In this document: piece after piece, positions 17,349 to 26,584 of the stretch
Layout: every line of letters begins with the position of its first letter
Position numbering within the stretch: the first letter of the stretch is position 1
DNA from: Geopsychrobacteraceae bacterium
Lineage (GTDB): Bacteria; Desulfobacterota; Desulfuromonadia; Desulfuromonadales; Geopsychrobacteraceae
Direction of reading: 5' to 3'
DNA: 64,000 nt
NCBI GenBank assembly: GCA_963676795.2
Contig: CAXXTB010000001.1
Location: forward strand, 800,001-864,000
Position numbers and translations under genes: made by a program
Notes under the pieces: model-generated
What the model saw: only the letters and a program-made list of their open reading frames with translations
Databases searched by the model: none
Told to the model about the DNA's origin: nothing

Positions 17349-17825
17349 ATGCGCATACTGTTGATTGTTCTGCTACTCTGTTTGTCTGTTGGAAGTGCGA
17401 TGGCCCAGACCTATCGCTGGGTGGACGATAACGGCCGGACGGTCTTTTCCGATCAGCCGCCGGGCGATAACACCGCTTATTCAACCTTCAACGAAACCCT
17501 CGCTCCCCTGAGCGCCTCGGGCTCGGTCAGCCCGCAGCAGTCGCAGCCTCATGAGCAGCGGGTTGCAGAACTGCTGGCTGAGCAGCAGAAACAGCAGAGT
17601 GTCGAGCTCTATGTCACCGACTGGTGTCCTTACTGTGAAAAGGCGATCGCTTTTTTCCGGGCCCGAAGTATCCCGGTGAGTGTCTATGATGTCGAGAAGG
17701 ACCGCAGTGCCTGGCAGCGCAAAAATCAGCTCGCACCCAGCTCAGGGGTTCCGCTGGCCGTTGTCAACGGGCAGAAAATCCTCGGCTACAATCCGGGCAT
17801 GTATGAGCGGGCATTGAAGCTGTGA
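17349..17825 (+). CDS. Exported DUF4124 plus glutaredoxin-domain protein
   Basis: Signal peptide, YRWVDDNGRTVFSDQPP, WCPYC, GVP. Confidence 0.85.
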   Translation: MRILLIVLLLCLSVGSAMAQTYRWVDDNGRTVFSDQPPGDNTAYSTFNETLAPLSASGSVSPQQSQPHEQRVAELLAEQQKQQSVELYVTDWCPYCEKAIAFFRARSIPVSVYDVEKDRSAWQRKNQLAPSSGVPLAVVNGQKILGYNPGMYERALKL

Positions 17826-17988
17826 GTGTTGAGTGGTTGCACAGAAAAAGTGTAAACACCTGCAACAGTTTATCTGCGTCCGGATGATGACAGTTGAGCA
17901 AAGATCCCTTATAGTGTGAGCGCACTGTCATGAATCAAAACTTAAATTGATTTTTTTTGCCGGGAATCTAAGGAGATATCCTGTCGCA

Positions 17989-19680
17989 ATGATCGAGATT
18001 TTCACAGTCATTCAACAACTGGCCGTCTATCTGGTGGTCGCCTACCTGTTGTGCAAGACCTCGGCGCTCAAGCCCCTTGCCGGCTTTAACCTGCTGATCA
18101 ATCACAAGCTGGTGATCTTTGTCATTTTTGCCGCCTTTGCCATTATCGGCACCCATATCAGTTTGCCGCACGATGCAGCACTGCTTGATGCCAGCGTGGT
18201 CGGCATCATGGTGGCCGGTCTGGCCGGGGGGCTGCTGCCGGGACTTGGTGTCGGCCTGGTGACCGGTCTCTACCAATTGCAGTTTCACGCCCATGCCTCA
18301 ACTCAGATCGCCCTGCTGTTCTTCGTCTTCGCCCTGATTCACGGTGCCATCTCTGGTGAAACCTATCGTTATCTCGGTCGGCATAGTGAGGCCGAAAAAC
18401 TGTTCAGCCCGACCGTGACCCTGGTGACCGTGTTTCTCGGTCAGCTGCTGCAGCTGGTGGTCTTCTTCATGGTTCTCCACGAAGGGCCCAACAGCCTTGG
18501 CGGTACAGATGTTCAGATCGGTTCGATGCTGCTGATCAACAGTGTTGCAGCGGCACTGTTCATGATGATGCTGCGCGATCAACGCATCATGCAGGATAAG
18601 GTCGGGGCGATCTTCTCCGCCAAGGCGCTGAATATCGCGGAGCGCAGCCTGGGGATCCTCAGCCACGGTTTTCATGCCGAAAGTGCCCAGAAACTGGCCG
18701 AGATCATCTACGAGGAGACAGGGGTTTCCGCTGTCGGTATCAGCGACTGCGACAAGATTCTGGCCTTTGTCGGCATCGGAGAGGATCATCACCTGCCGGG
18801 AGTCAAGATCATCTCTCCCCAGACCCTTGGCGCAATTCGTGAAAACCGGGTCATCTACGCGGATGCCGCCAGGGAGAAGGTCTCCTGTGCGCTCTCAAAG
18901 GACTGTCCGCTCGGTTCGGCCCTGGTCGTGCCGCTGCGTGCCGACAACGAGGTGGTCGGCACGATAAAGCTATATGAAACCAGAAATAAACTTTTTCTGA
19001 ACCTCAACAAGGCGCTGGGCGAGGGGATCGCCAACCTGCTTTCCGAGCAGCTGCTGCACGACCGCTACGAAAGTCAGAAAAACCTGCTGGTGAAATCGGA
19101 GCTGAAGCTGATTCAGGCCCAGGTCAATCCCCACTTTCTGTTCAATGCTTTGAATACCATTGTCGCCGTGGTGCGCAAGAACCCTGAAAAAGCCCGCACC
19201 CTGCTGCTCCATCTGTCCAATTATTTTCGCAAGAACCTCAAGCGCTCCAGCGATCTGGCCACCCTTGAAGAGGAGCTCGATCACGTCAACTCCTACCTCT
19301 ACATCGAGAAGGCCCGTTTCGGCGACAAGCTGCAGATCGTCCAGGATATCGACAGTCGTCTGCTCAGGGCCAAGGTGCCGACCTTTACTCTCCAGCCGCT
19401 GGTCGAAAACGCCATCAAGCATGGTATCTCCAACATGATCGGCAACGGTCTGGTCACGATTCATGCCTATATTCAGGGGGCGACCATGCTGATCGAGGTG
19501 CTCGACAACGCCGGAACCTATTGCGATATCATCGGCAGCGAGGGGCTGGGGATGAAGATTGTCGAGAAGCGGATCCAGAACCTCTATGGCCGTCAGTACG
19601 GCATGAAGATCGACTGTGATCCCGATGAAACAACCAAAATCACCCTGATTCTGCCATACAGAGAGGAGACCTTCGCATGA
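17989..19680 (+). CDS. LytS/BtsS(YehU)-family sensor histidine kinase
   Basis: 5TM-LYT N-terminus, GAF GIGEDHH, QAQVNPHFLFNALN, LQPLVENAIKHG. Confidence 0.92.
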   Translation: MIEIFTVIQQLAVYLVVAYLLCKTSALKPLAGFNLLINHKLVIFVIFAAFAIIGTHISLPHDAALLDASVVGIMVAGLAGGLLPGLGVGLVTGLYQLQFHAHASTQIALLFFVFALIHGAISGETYRYLGRHSEAEKLFSPTVTLVTVFLGQLLQLVVFFMVLHEGPNSLGGTDVQIGSMLLINSVAAALFMMMLRDQRIMQDKVGAIFSAKALNIAERSLGILSHGFHAESAQKLAEIIYEETGVSAVGISDCDKILAFVGIGEDHHLPGVKIISPQTLGAIRENRVIYADAAREKVSCALSKDCPLGSALVVPLRADNEVVGTIKLYETRNKLFLNLNKALGEGIANLLSEQLLHDRYESQKNLLVKSELKLIQAQVNPHFLFNALNTIVAVVRKNPEKARTLLLHLSNYFRKNLKRSSDLATLEEELDHVNSYLYIEKARFGDKLQIVQDIDSRLLRAKVPTFTLQPLVENAIKHGISNMIGNGLVTIHAYIQGATMLIEVLDNAGTYCDIIGSEGLGMKIVEKRIQNLYGRQYGMKIDCDPDETTKITLILPYREETFA

Positions 19681-20387
19681 TTCGCATTCTGATCGTTGAT
19701 GATGAGCAGTACGCCCGTGAGGAGATGGCCGAGCTGTTGCTGGAGCTGGGTGAGGTTGAGATCGTCGGCAGTTGCTCCAACGCCATGGAGGCGATCAGGG
19801 CGATCAATCAGCTACGCCCGGACGTTCTGTTTCTCGATATCAAGATGCCGGTCCTGAACGGTTTTGATCTGCTGTCGATGCTTGACGAGGAGGTGATGCC
19901 CTATGTCGTCTTTGTCACCGCTTTCGATGAGTATGCCCTGAAGGCCTTCGAGGAGAAGACCCTCGATTACCTGCTCAAACCTGTCGATCCCGAACGGCTG
20001 GTGAAAACCATGGAAAAGGTGCGTTCTTCCGTTGCTGCGCAGAGTATTCCCGATTACGGCATCACACCGATCAAGCGCATTCCCTGTGTCAGTGGCCACA
20101 AGATCAAGCTGATCGATCCGGAGATTATCGAATACGTGCATTCCGACATCAGCGGCGTGCATGTGGTCACGGACCAGGGCAGTTTCTTTACCGAACTGAC
20201 GCTCAAGGTTCTTGAGGAAAAGGTCGGCTTGCTGCACTGTCACAAACAGTATCTGGTCAATGCCAGGATGATCGATGAGATTATCACCCTGGAGAACAGC
20301 CAGGCTGAAATCATTACCCGCAGTGGCCAGAAGTTGCCGGTCAGTCGGCGCTATCTGCGTAAAGTTAAAGACGCTTTTTCTCTTTAG
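19677..20387 (+). CDS. LytTR response regulator (BtsR/YehT-like)
   Basis: VDDE, FLDIKMP, DYLLKP, HKQYLVN, PVSRRY; ATGA overlap with the kinase. Confidence 0.92.
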   Translation: MIRILIVDDEQYAREEMAELLLELGEVEIVGSCSNAMEAIRAINQLRPDVLFLDIKMPVLNGFDLLSMLDEEVMPYVVFVTAFDEYALKAFEEKTLDYLLKPVDPERLVKTMEKVRSSVAAQSIPDYGITPIKRIPCVSGHKIKLIDPEIIEYVHSDISGVHVVTDQGSFFTELTLKVLEEKVGLLHCHKQYLVNARMIDEIITLENSQAEIITRSGQKLPVSRRYLRKVKDAFSL

Positions 20388-20407
20388 CCGGTGGAGAATG
20401 TTCATCT

Positions 20408-20485
20408 CCGCTTAGTCTTGTTTTCCGACCTCTGATTCTGTCGATTCTGCCGTTCATTCCTTCGTCTCTTCATTTTGCCGTTCAT
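20408..20485 (+). promoter_or_regulatory. Putative LytTR direct-repeat binding array
   Basis: CCGCTTA at 20408, CCTCTGA at 20429, CCGTTCA at 20450 (21-bp period); an extra CCGTTCA at 20478. Confidence 0.5.
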
Positions 20486-20588
20486 ATCCCCTAGTCTTGC
20501 TTAAAAGAAGTTGCGACAAGGGCTGCTCGCTCTTACGCAGGCTGTGTGACAACCTTTGTCGTTTATCCCATCTACAAGGAGGACGGAA

Positions 20589-20882
20589 GTGTCAGTCAAA
20601 ATAATCATTGTGCGACATGTGCCGGCGGATATTGAGGCCGCTCAACAGTTGAGGCCCCTGTTACTTGAGATGCGTGCCCTGGCCCAGATGCAGCCTGGCT
20701 ATGTCTCCGGTGAGACTTTGGTGAACTATGATGACCCGAGTGAATATCTGGTTATCAGCACCTGGCAGACGATCAAGGACTGGAACACCTGGCTCAATGA
20801 TGAGCGCCGCAGGGCGCTTCAGGAAAAGGTTGATTCCTGCACAGGTACGGAAACTCTTTATTCGATTTATTACAATGGCTGA
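20589..20882 (+). CDS. ABM (antibiotic biosynthesis monooxygenase)-domain protein
   Basis: [26 protein letters not shown] after AAGGAGG. Confidence 0.8.
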   Translation: MSVKIIIVRHVPADIEAAQQLRPLLLEMRALAQMQPGYVSGETLVNYDDPSEYLVISTWQTIKDWNTWLNDERRRALQEKVDSCTGTETLYSIYYNG

Positions 20883-20907
20883 CGATTTAATGACTAAGGG
20901 ACAACCG

Positions 20908-22464
20908 ATGAATTGTAGAGAAGAAAAACTCAATTTTTTGCTTGAAAAACGCAGCAAGGCTCTTGAAGGCGGTGGGGTTGACAAGATTGAAAAACGCCAT
21001 TCCAGAGGGCTGCTGACGGCCCGTGAACGGCTCGATCTGCTGTTGGACGAGGGGAGCTTTGAAGAGTTCGACATGTTTAAGGAGCATCGTTGCACCCATT
21101 TCGGCATGGAAAACAATAAGCTTCCTGGCGATGGTGTGGTGACCGGTTATGGAACAATCGGCGGTCGTCTTGTCTACGTGTTTTCGATGGATTTTACCGT
21201 ACTGGGCGGTTCCCTTTCCGAGACTTTTGCGGAAAAGATCTGCAAGATCATGGATATGGCGGTCAAGAATGGTGCTCCGGTCATCGGTCTGAACGACTCC
21301 GGTGGGGCCCGCATCCAGGAAGGGATCGAAAGTCTCGCCGGTTATTCCGATATCTTTCTGCGCAACGTCATGAGTTCCGGTGTCGTTCCGCAGCTCTCCG
21401 GTATCTTTGGCCCCTGTGCCGGTGGTTCCGTCTATTCGCCTGCATTGACCGACTTTACCGTTATGGTCCGCAACAACAGTTATATGTTCCTGACCGGTCC
21501 GAAGGTCGTTAAGGCTGTTACCCATGAGGACGTCGATGTTGAAGCTCTGGGGGGCGCCTCGGTTCACACTTCACGCAGCGGTGTCGCCCACCTCGCGGCT
21601 GATGGTGAAGAACAGGCGATTGCTTACCTGAAAGAGATCTTCTCCTATATCCCGCAGAACAATATGGAGCCGGCACCGCGCAAGGAAACCTCAGATCCGG
21701 TCGACCGGGAGGAGCCGGGCCTGTGTCTGATGATGCCGGAAAATTCCAATGCACCTTACGATATCAAGCAGTTGATTGCGGCGACCGTTGATGACGGCGA
21801 ATTCCTTGAGATCCAGCCTGATTTCGCTCCGAATCTGGTGATTGGTTTTGCCCACTACGGCGGCCAGAGTGTCGGCATCGTCGCCAATCAACCGCTCAAC
21901 CTGGCCGGGGTGCTCGACAATGACGCCTCCGTCAAGGGAGCGCGCTTCGTCCGTTTCTGTGATGCCTTCAATATTCCGCTGGTCACCTTTGTCGACGTGC
22001 CAGGCTTCCTGCCCGGGACTGCCCAGGAGTATGCCGGGATTATCCGCAACGGGGCAAAGCTGCTTTACGCCTATGCCGAGGCGACTGTGCCAAAGGTCAC
22101 GGTTACCGTCCGTAAGGCTTACGGCGGAGCCTATTGTGTCATGAGTTCCAAGCATCTGCGCGGTGATATCAACTATGCCTGGCCAAGTGCCGAGATTGCC
22201 GTTATGGGAGCCAAGGGTGCTGCTGAAATCCTCTATGCCCGTGAGGTCTCCGCAAATCCGGAGAAGGCCGAAGAGATTCTCACGCAGAAGATCGAAGAAT
22301 ACTCGGAGAAATTCGCCAATCCTTATGAAGCAGCCAAGCGTGGTTATGTCGATGCGGTCATTCTGCCACAGAAAACCCGTTTCCGGATCTGCAATGCCCT
22401 GGTCATGCTGGAAGGTAAGCGGGACAGCAATCCACGCAAGAAGCACGGCAATATTCCTTTGTAA
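20908..22464 (+). CDS. mmdA: Acyl-CoA carboxyltransferase, methylmalonyl-CoA decarboxylase alpha (MmdA/PccB-like)
   Basis: [46 protein letters not shown]. Confidence 0.88.
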   Translation: MNCREEKLNFLLEKRSKALEGGGVDKIEKRHSRGLLTARERLDLLLDEGSFEEFDMFKEHRCTHFGMENNKLPGDGVVTGYGTIGGRLVYVFSMDFTVLGGSLSETFAEKICKIMDMAVKNGAPVIGLNDSGGARIQEGIESLAGYSDIFLRNVMSSGVVPQLSGIFGPCAGGSVYSPALTDFTVMVRNNSYMFLTGPKVVKAVTHEDVDVEALGGASVHTSRSGVAHLAADGEEQAIAYLKEIFSYIPQNNMEPAPRKETSDPVDREEPGLCLMMPENSNAPYDIKQLIAATVDDGEFLEIQPDFAPNLVIGFAHYGGQSVGIVANQPLNLAGVLDNDASVKGARFVRFCDAFNIPLVTFVDVPGFLPGTAQEYAGIIRNGAKLLYAYAEATVPKVTVTVRKAYGGAYCVMSSKHLRGDINYAWPSAEIAVMGAKGAAEILYAREVSANPEKAEEILTQKIEEYSEKFANPYEAAKRGYVDAVILPQKTRFRICNALVMLEGKRDSNPRKKHGNIPL

Positions 22465-22491
22465 TTGGAATTAAAAGGAACGGAAGACATT

Positions 22492-22848
22492 ATGAACTTT
22501 GGATTTCACAATATCATAGATGGCAACGGCTTCGGTGTCATGCTGACCGGTATGCTGATCGTGTTTGTCGGCCTGGTCTTTCTCAGCTGTATCATCATGC
22601 TGCTCTCCAGCCTGGTGGATAAGAAGAAGCGCCCGCGGCGCCGCCTGTCGCAGAATCCTGATCCGGTTGAGCTCAAGCCGTCTACGGCGGAGATTATTGC
22701 GGTAGCCAGCTTGGTCATTCACATGGAATCTGAGCGTAGTCTTGGTGAATTGGCGCAAACTCCAATTCAGCGCCAGTCACGGCACGGTTCAATATGGACA
22801 TCGGTCGGTAAAATGCATTCGCTCTCAGAGGGAGGATCTCATGCGTAA
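22492..22848 (+). CDS. OadG/MmdD-family decarboxylase membrane anchor subunit
   Basis: Single N-terminal TM GMLIVFVGLVFL; lies between the carboxyltransferase and the biotin carrier. Confidence 0.8.
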   Translation: MNFGFHNIIDGNGFGVMLTGMLIVFVGLVFLSCIIMLLSSLVDKKKRPRRRLSQNPDPVELKPSTAEIIAVASLVIHMESERSLGELAQTPIQRQSRHGSIWTSVGKMHSLSEGGSHA

Positions 22849-23266
22849 GTATAATCTGAAACTCAACGGCAAGGAGTTTGAGGTTCAGTTCAAAAGTCTC
22901 AGTTCAGATAAGGCCCATATGGAGATCAACGGCAAGGACTATGCGGTTGATATCGCCTCGATCTCCGAGGTGATTCCCGAAGGTTCGCTTGAACGACTTC
23001 GTTCATCGGCTGCTGTCAGCGTCAAGGCCGCGGCGTCGACGACGTCCCTGGACGACGGGACCGTTATTGCTCCGATTCCCGGGTCTATTCTGGACATCAT
23101 GGTTGAAGTCGGCGAGAAGGTCGAAAACGGTCAGGCGCTGTTTAAGATGGAAGCGATGAAGATGGAAAACGAGATCAGGGCACGCCTGAGCGGGACCGTC
23201 ACCGAGATCAAGATTGCCGTAGGGGATACTGTCAATCAGGGTGAAGTGATGATGCTGATCGCCTGA
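22841..23266 (+). CDS. Biotin carboxyl carrier subunit (MmdC-like)
   Basis: APIPG, EAMKMENEI biotinylation motif; GGAGG RBS. Confidence 0.9.
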   Translation: MRKYNLKLNGKEFEVQFKSLSSDKAHMEINGKDYAVDIASISEVIPEGSLERLRSSAAVSVKAAASTTSLDDGTVIAPIPGSILDIMVEVGEKVENGQALFKMEAMKMENEIRARLSGTVTEIKIAVGDTVNQGEVMMLIA

Positions 23267-23359
23267 CGGCATATGGCCTGAAGGTCTTCATTGCTCGTTA
23301 TCGTGACCACTCATTTGACCTATTCGTGATTTAATTTTGAACAGAGCAGAGAGTCAACC

Positions 23360-24481
23360 ATGGAATTGTTGATTAAATTTTTGTTGAGTACCGGTTTTGT
23401 CGGGATGAGTTGGCAGAATCTCGTCATGATCCTGTTCGGGGTACTGTTTATCTATCTGGCAATAAAGAAAAATTTTGAGCCGCTGTTGCTTCTGCCGATC
23501 GGATTCGGTCTGATTGTCGGCAATATTCCGCTACCGGCCGAGATTGCCGGCAGTGAAGAAGGCAATTTCTTCTATAATATTTATCAGGGGGTCAGCCAGG
23601 GGATCTATCCGCCACTGATTTTCCTCGGTGTCGGGGCGATGACCGATTTTTCGTCGATGCTCAGTAATCCGAAGCTGGTTCTCCTGGGTGCGGCCGCGCA
23701 GTTTGGTATTTTTCTGACCCTGATCGGTGCACTGTTTATCGGTTTTACCCCGGCCCAGGCCGGAGCCATCGGTATTATCGGCGGTGCAGACGGCCCGACG
23801 GCGATTTTCCTCGCTTCCAAGCTGGCGCCGGAGTTGCTCGGTTCTATCGCCATCGCGGCTTATTCGTACATGTCGCTGGTGCCGGTCATTCAGCCGCCAA
23901 TCATGCGCCTGTTGACCACGAAAGAGGAACGCCGTATCCGCATGCAGGTGTCTCGCCAGGTCAGTAAAAAAGAAAAGATAATCTTCCCGATCGTTGCTTT
24001 CCTTGTCTGTACCATGATTGCACCGGGTTCGATGGTCCTGATGGGATGTCTGTTCTTCGGTAATCTGCTGAAAGAAGCTGTGGTTACCGAGCGTCTGGCC
24101 AATACCGCCCGTAACGCGATGATCGATATTTTGACCATCCTGCTCGGTTTCTCCGTTGGTGCTCATACGCTGGCTGAAAACTTCCTGACCTGGCAGTCGA
24201 TCGGCATCTTTGTCATGGGTGCCGCGGCCTTTGCCTGTGCCACGGCTGCCGGTGTCCTGTTCGCCAAGTTCATGAACCTGTTCCTCAAGCAGAAGATCAA
24301 CCCTCTGGTCGGGGCCGCCGGTGTGTCCGCTGTTCCCAATGCGGCGCGGGTTTGTAATAAGGTCGGTCTCGAGGCCGATCCTGGGAATTATCTGCTGATG
24401 CATGCGATGGCACCAAATGTTGCTGGAGTCGTTGGTTCGGCAATCGCGGCAGGTGTCCTGCTGACGATCCTCGGCAGTTAA
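23360..24481 (+). CDS. mmdB: Na+-translocating decarboxylase beta subunit (MmdB/OadB)
   Basis: FEPLLLLPIGFG, GIIGGADGPT, AAYSYM, GAAGVSAVP, PNVAGVVGSA. Confidence 0.93.
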   Translation: MELLIKFLLSTGFVGMSWQNLVMILFGVLFIYLAIKKNFEPLLLLPIGFGLIVGNIPLPAEIAGSEEGNFFYNIYQGVSQGIYPPLIFLGVGAMTDFSSMLSNPKLVLLGAAAQFGIFLTLIGALFIGFTPAQAGAIGIIGGADGPTAIFLASKLAPELLGSIAIAAYSYMSLVPVIQPPIMRLLTTKEERRIRMQVSRQVSKKEKIIFPIVAFLVCTMIAPGSMVLMGCLFFGNLLKEAVVTERLANTARNAMIDILTILLGFSVGAHTLAENFLTWQSIGIFVMGAAAFACATAAGVLFAKFMNLFLKQKINPLVGAAGVSAVPNAARVCNKVGLEADPGNYLLMHAMAPNVAGVVGSAIAAGVLLTILGS

Positions 24482-24516
24482 CCTCCTGTCGGCATAACCG
24501 CTAAGATTCCACCTCG

Positions 24517-24555
24517 TCCCGCGAGATCTCACCCCAGGTCTCGCGGGATTTTTTA
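24517..24555 (+). terminator. Rho-independent terminator of the decarboxylase operon
   Basis: TCCCGCGAGA...TCTCGCGGGA followed by TTTTTT. Confidence 0.8.
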
Positions 24556-24775
24556 TGCCGAGCCCCCATTCCGGATTCTTTCTGTTCGCTGTTTCATTCA
24601 GTGGCTTAAATATGAGCAGGATATATGTGTAATAAATGGATATTGTTTATTGCGTCATCTGCGCAAATATGACTATCATCCGGAATCTGTGACTTCCGGG
24701 ATAATTGCGAGTGGCATATTCATATCCTCAGCAGAGCAATACATACTATTCCCGCATTACAATCAGGTTGGATCG

Positions 24776-26584
24776 GTGTCAGCAATCAGACAGAGACTCA
24801 ATATTCTAATTTCCCGCAAACTTCATCAGAAAACGCACGCTCTGCTGAATCGTCTGAGGATCAGCGAGAATACCTTCGCGATCATCCTGGCCGTCATTAT
24901 CGGTCTGCTCGGCGGCTTGGGAAACTACCTGTTTCGCAAGACGATCGAACTGGTTCACTGGCTGACTTTCGAGTCGCTCATTCATCATTTTGATGTGTCC
25001 CTCGAAGAGTGGAGCCCTCAGCGGATTCTGGTTGTCTTTCTGCCGGCGATCGGCGGCTTGCTGGTCATCCCCCTGTGGGTTTTCTTCGGTAAAGATCTCA
25101 AGGGCGGCTTTGCCGGATTTCTCGTCAAGGTCAATCTGAGAGGGGCCAAGCTGCCGTTTAGGCCGCTGGTCACCCGGGGGCTCGGTGCGGCCCTGACTAT
25201 CGGTACCGGCGGCAGTGCCGGCCAGGAAGGACCGATCGCCGTGATCGGCGGGACCATCGGCAGCCAGTTCGGCAAGCTGTTCAAGGTCAGCGGTGAAAAG
25301 CTCAAGGTGCTGGTTGCCTGCGGCGCCGCGGCCGGGGTTGCGGCGACCTTCAACGCGCCGATTGCCGGTGTTTTTTTTGCCACCGAGATCGTACTGCTCT
25401 CCTCCTTCGAGGTCGCCAGCTTTACCTCGATCGTTATCTCCAGCGGCATGGCGACGGTCGTTTCCAGGGCTTTGCTCGGCAACCATTCGGAGCTGGTCGC
25501 TCCTCCCTACATGATGCACAGCTACTGGGAGCTGGGCCTCTACCTGCTGCTTGGTCTGATCATCGGTGGGCTGGCGGCCGCCTTTATCGATGTCTTCTAC
25601 AGGATCAAGGATACTGTCGCGGCGATCAAACTGCCCCGCCTGGTCAAGCCGATTGGCGGTGGCCTGATGGTCGGGGTGATCGGCATGGTCTTGCCGCAGA
25701 TCTTCGGTAACGGCTACGAATTCATGAACGAGGTGCTCTCCGGTCAGCACACCTGGTACCTGCTCTTGGTCCTGATCGCGGCCAAGATGGTGGCGACGGC
25801 CATTACCCTCGGCTCCGGCCTGCCGGGCGGGCTGTTCGCCCCCTGCCTGTTTCTCGGCGCCGTCGCCGGTGGTGCCTTCGGCCACCTGCTGGCGGTGATT
25901 CTGCCCGGTGCCGATATCTCACCCGGCGCTTACGCGCTGGTCGGCATGGGCGCCTTCCTGGCCGCGTCGACCCACTCGCCGATGACCGCGATCTTTCTAC
26001 TCTTCGAGATTACCGACAGCTACCAGGTTATCATCCCGATCATGCTGACCTGTGTCATCGGCACCGCCATCGCCCGGCATCTGAAAAAAGACAGCATGGA
26101 GACGATGGAGCTGACCCGCATCGGTATCGATCTCGAGTCGGGGAAAGAGCGCAACATCATGAAGAGCCTGGCGGTTGGCGACGTCATGCAGCGCCGCGTC
26201 GAGTCGATCCCGGAGAGCATGACTCTCGGCGAATTCGCCGACTTCATTCAGCAGACCCACCATACCAATTTCCCGTTGATCAATAGCCAAGGCGAGTTGA
26301 CCGGGATCATCTCGGTTCAGGATTTCATGGGGGTGGTCTTCGAAAAAGAGCTGATGGACCTGGTCGTGGTCAAGGAGCTGGCGACAACAGATGTTATTAC
26401 CGTTCATGCCGAGGAGGATCTTGATGCGGCAATGCGTAAGATCGGCTATCGCAACATCGAACAGCTGCCGGTCGTCGATCGGGAGACCCACCGCAAGCTC
26501 TACGGGATCATCTCGCGGCGCGATATGATTTCCGCCTACAACCGCGAGCTGATGAGCCGCACCCTGGAGGATGACGATGAGTGA
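24776..26584 (+). CDS. ClC-family protein with CBS domains (atypical filter motifs); start uncertain
   Basis: GGSAGQEGP, FNAPIAG, GGLFAP, CBS pair. Confidence 0.88.
   Translation: MSAIRQRLNILISRKLHQKTHALLNRLRISENTFAIILAVIIGLLGGLGNYLFRKTIELVHWLTFESLIHHFDVSLEEWSPQRILVVFLPAIGGLLVIPLWVFFGKDLKGGFAGFLVKVNLRGAKLPFRPLVTRGLGAALTIGTGGSAGQEGPIAVIGGTIGSQFGKLFKVSGEKLKVLVACGAAAGVAATFNAPIAGVFFATEIVLLSSFEVASFTSIVISSGMATVVSRALLGNHSELVAPPYMMHSYWELGLYLLLGLIIGGLAAAFIDVFYRIKDTVAAIKLPRLVKPIGGGLMVGVIGMVLPQIFGNGYEFMNEVLSGQHTWYLLLVLIAAKMVATAITLGSGLPGGLFAPCLFLGAVAGGAFGHLLAVILPGADISPGAYALVGMGAFLAASTHSPMTAIFLLFEITDSYQVIIPIMLTCVIGTAIARHLKKDSMETMELTRIGIDLESGKERNIMKSLAVGDVMQRRVESIPESMTLGEFADFIQQTHHTNFPLINSQGELTGIISVQDFMGVVFEKELMDLVVVKELATTDVITVHAEEDLDAAMRKIGYRNIEQLPVVDRETHRKLYGIISRRDMISAYNRELMSRTLEDDDE

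Noticed and set aside
20728..20907. Long N-terminal extension of the carboxyltransferase
   Set aside because: Overlaps the ABM gene; family similarity begins near Met 20908
13400..26584. Fluoride-exporting CLC-F and a fluoride riboswitch
   Set aside because: GNNLI/GREGT/GEVTP signatures are absent and no riboswitch was recognised
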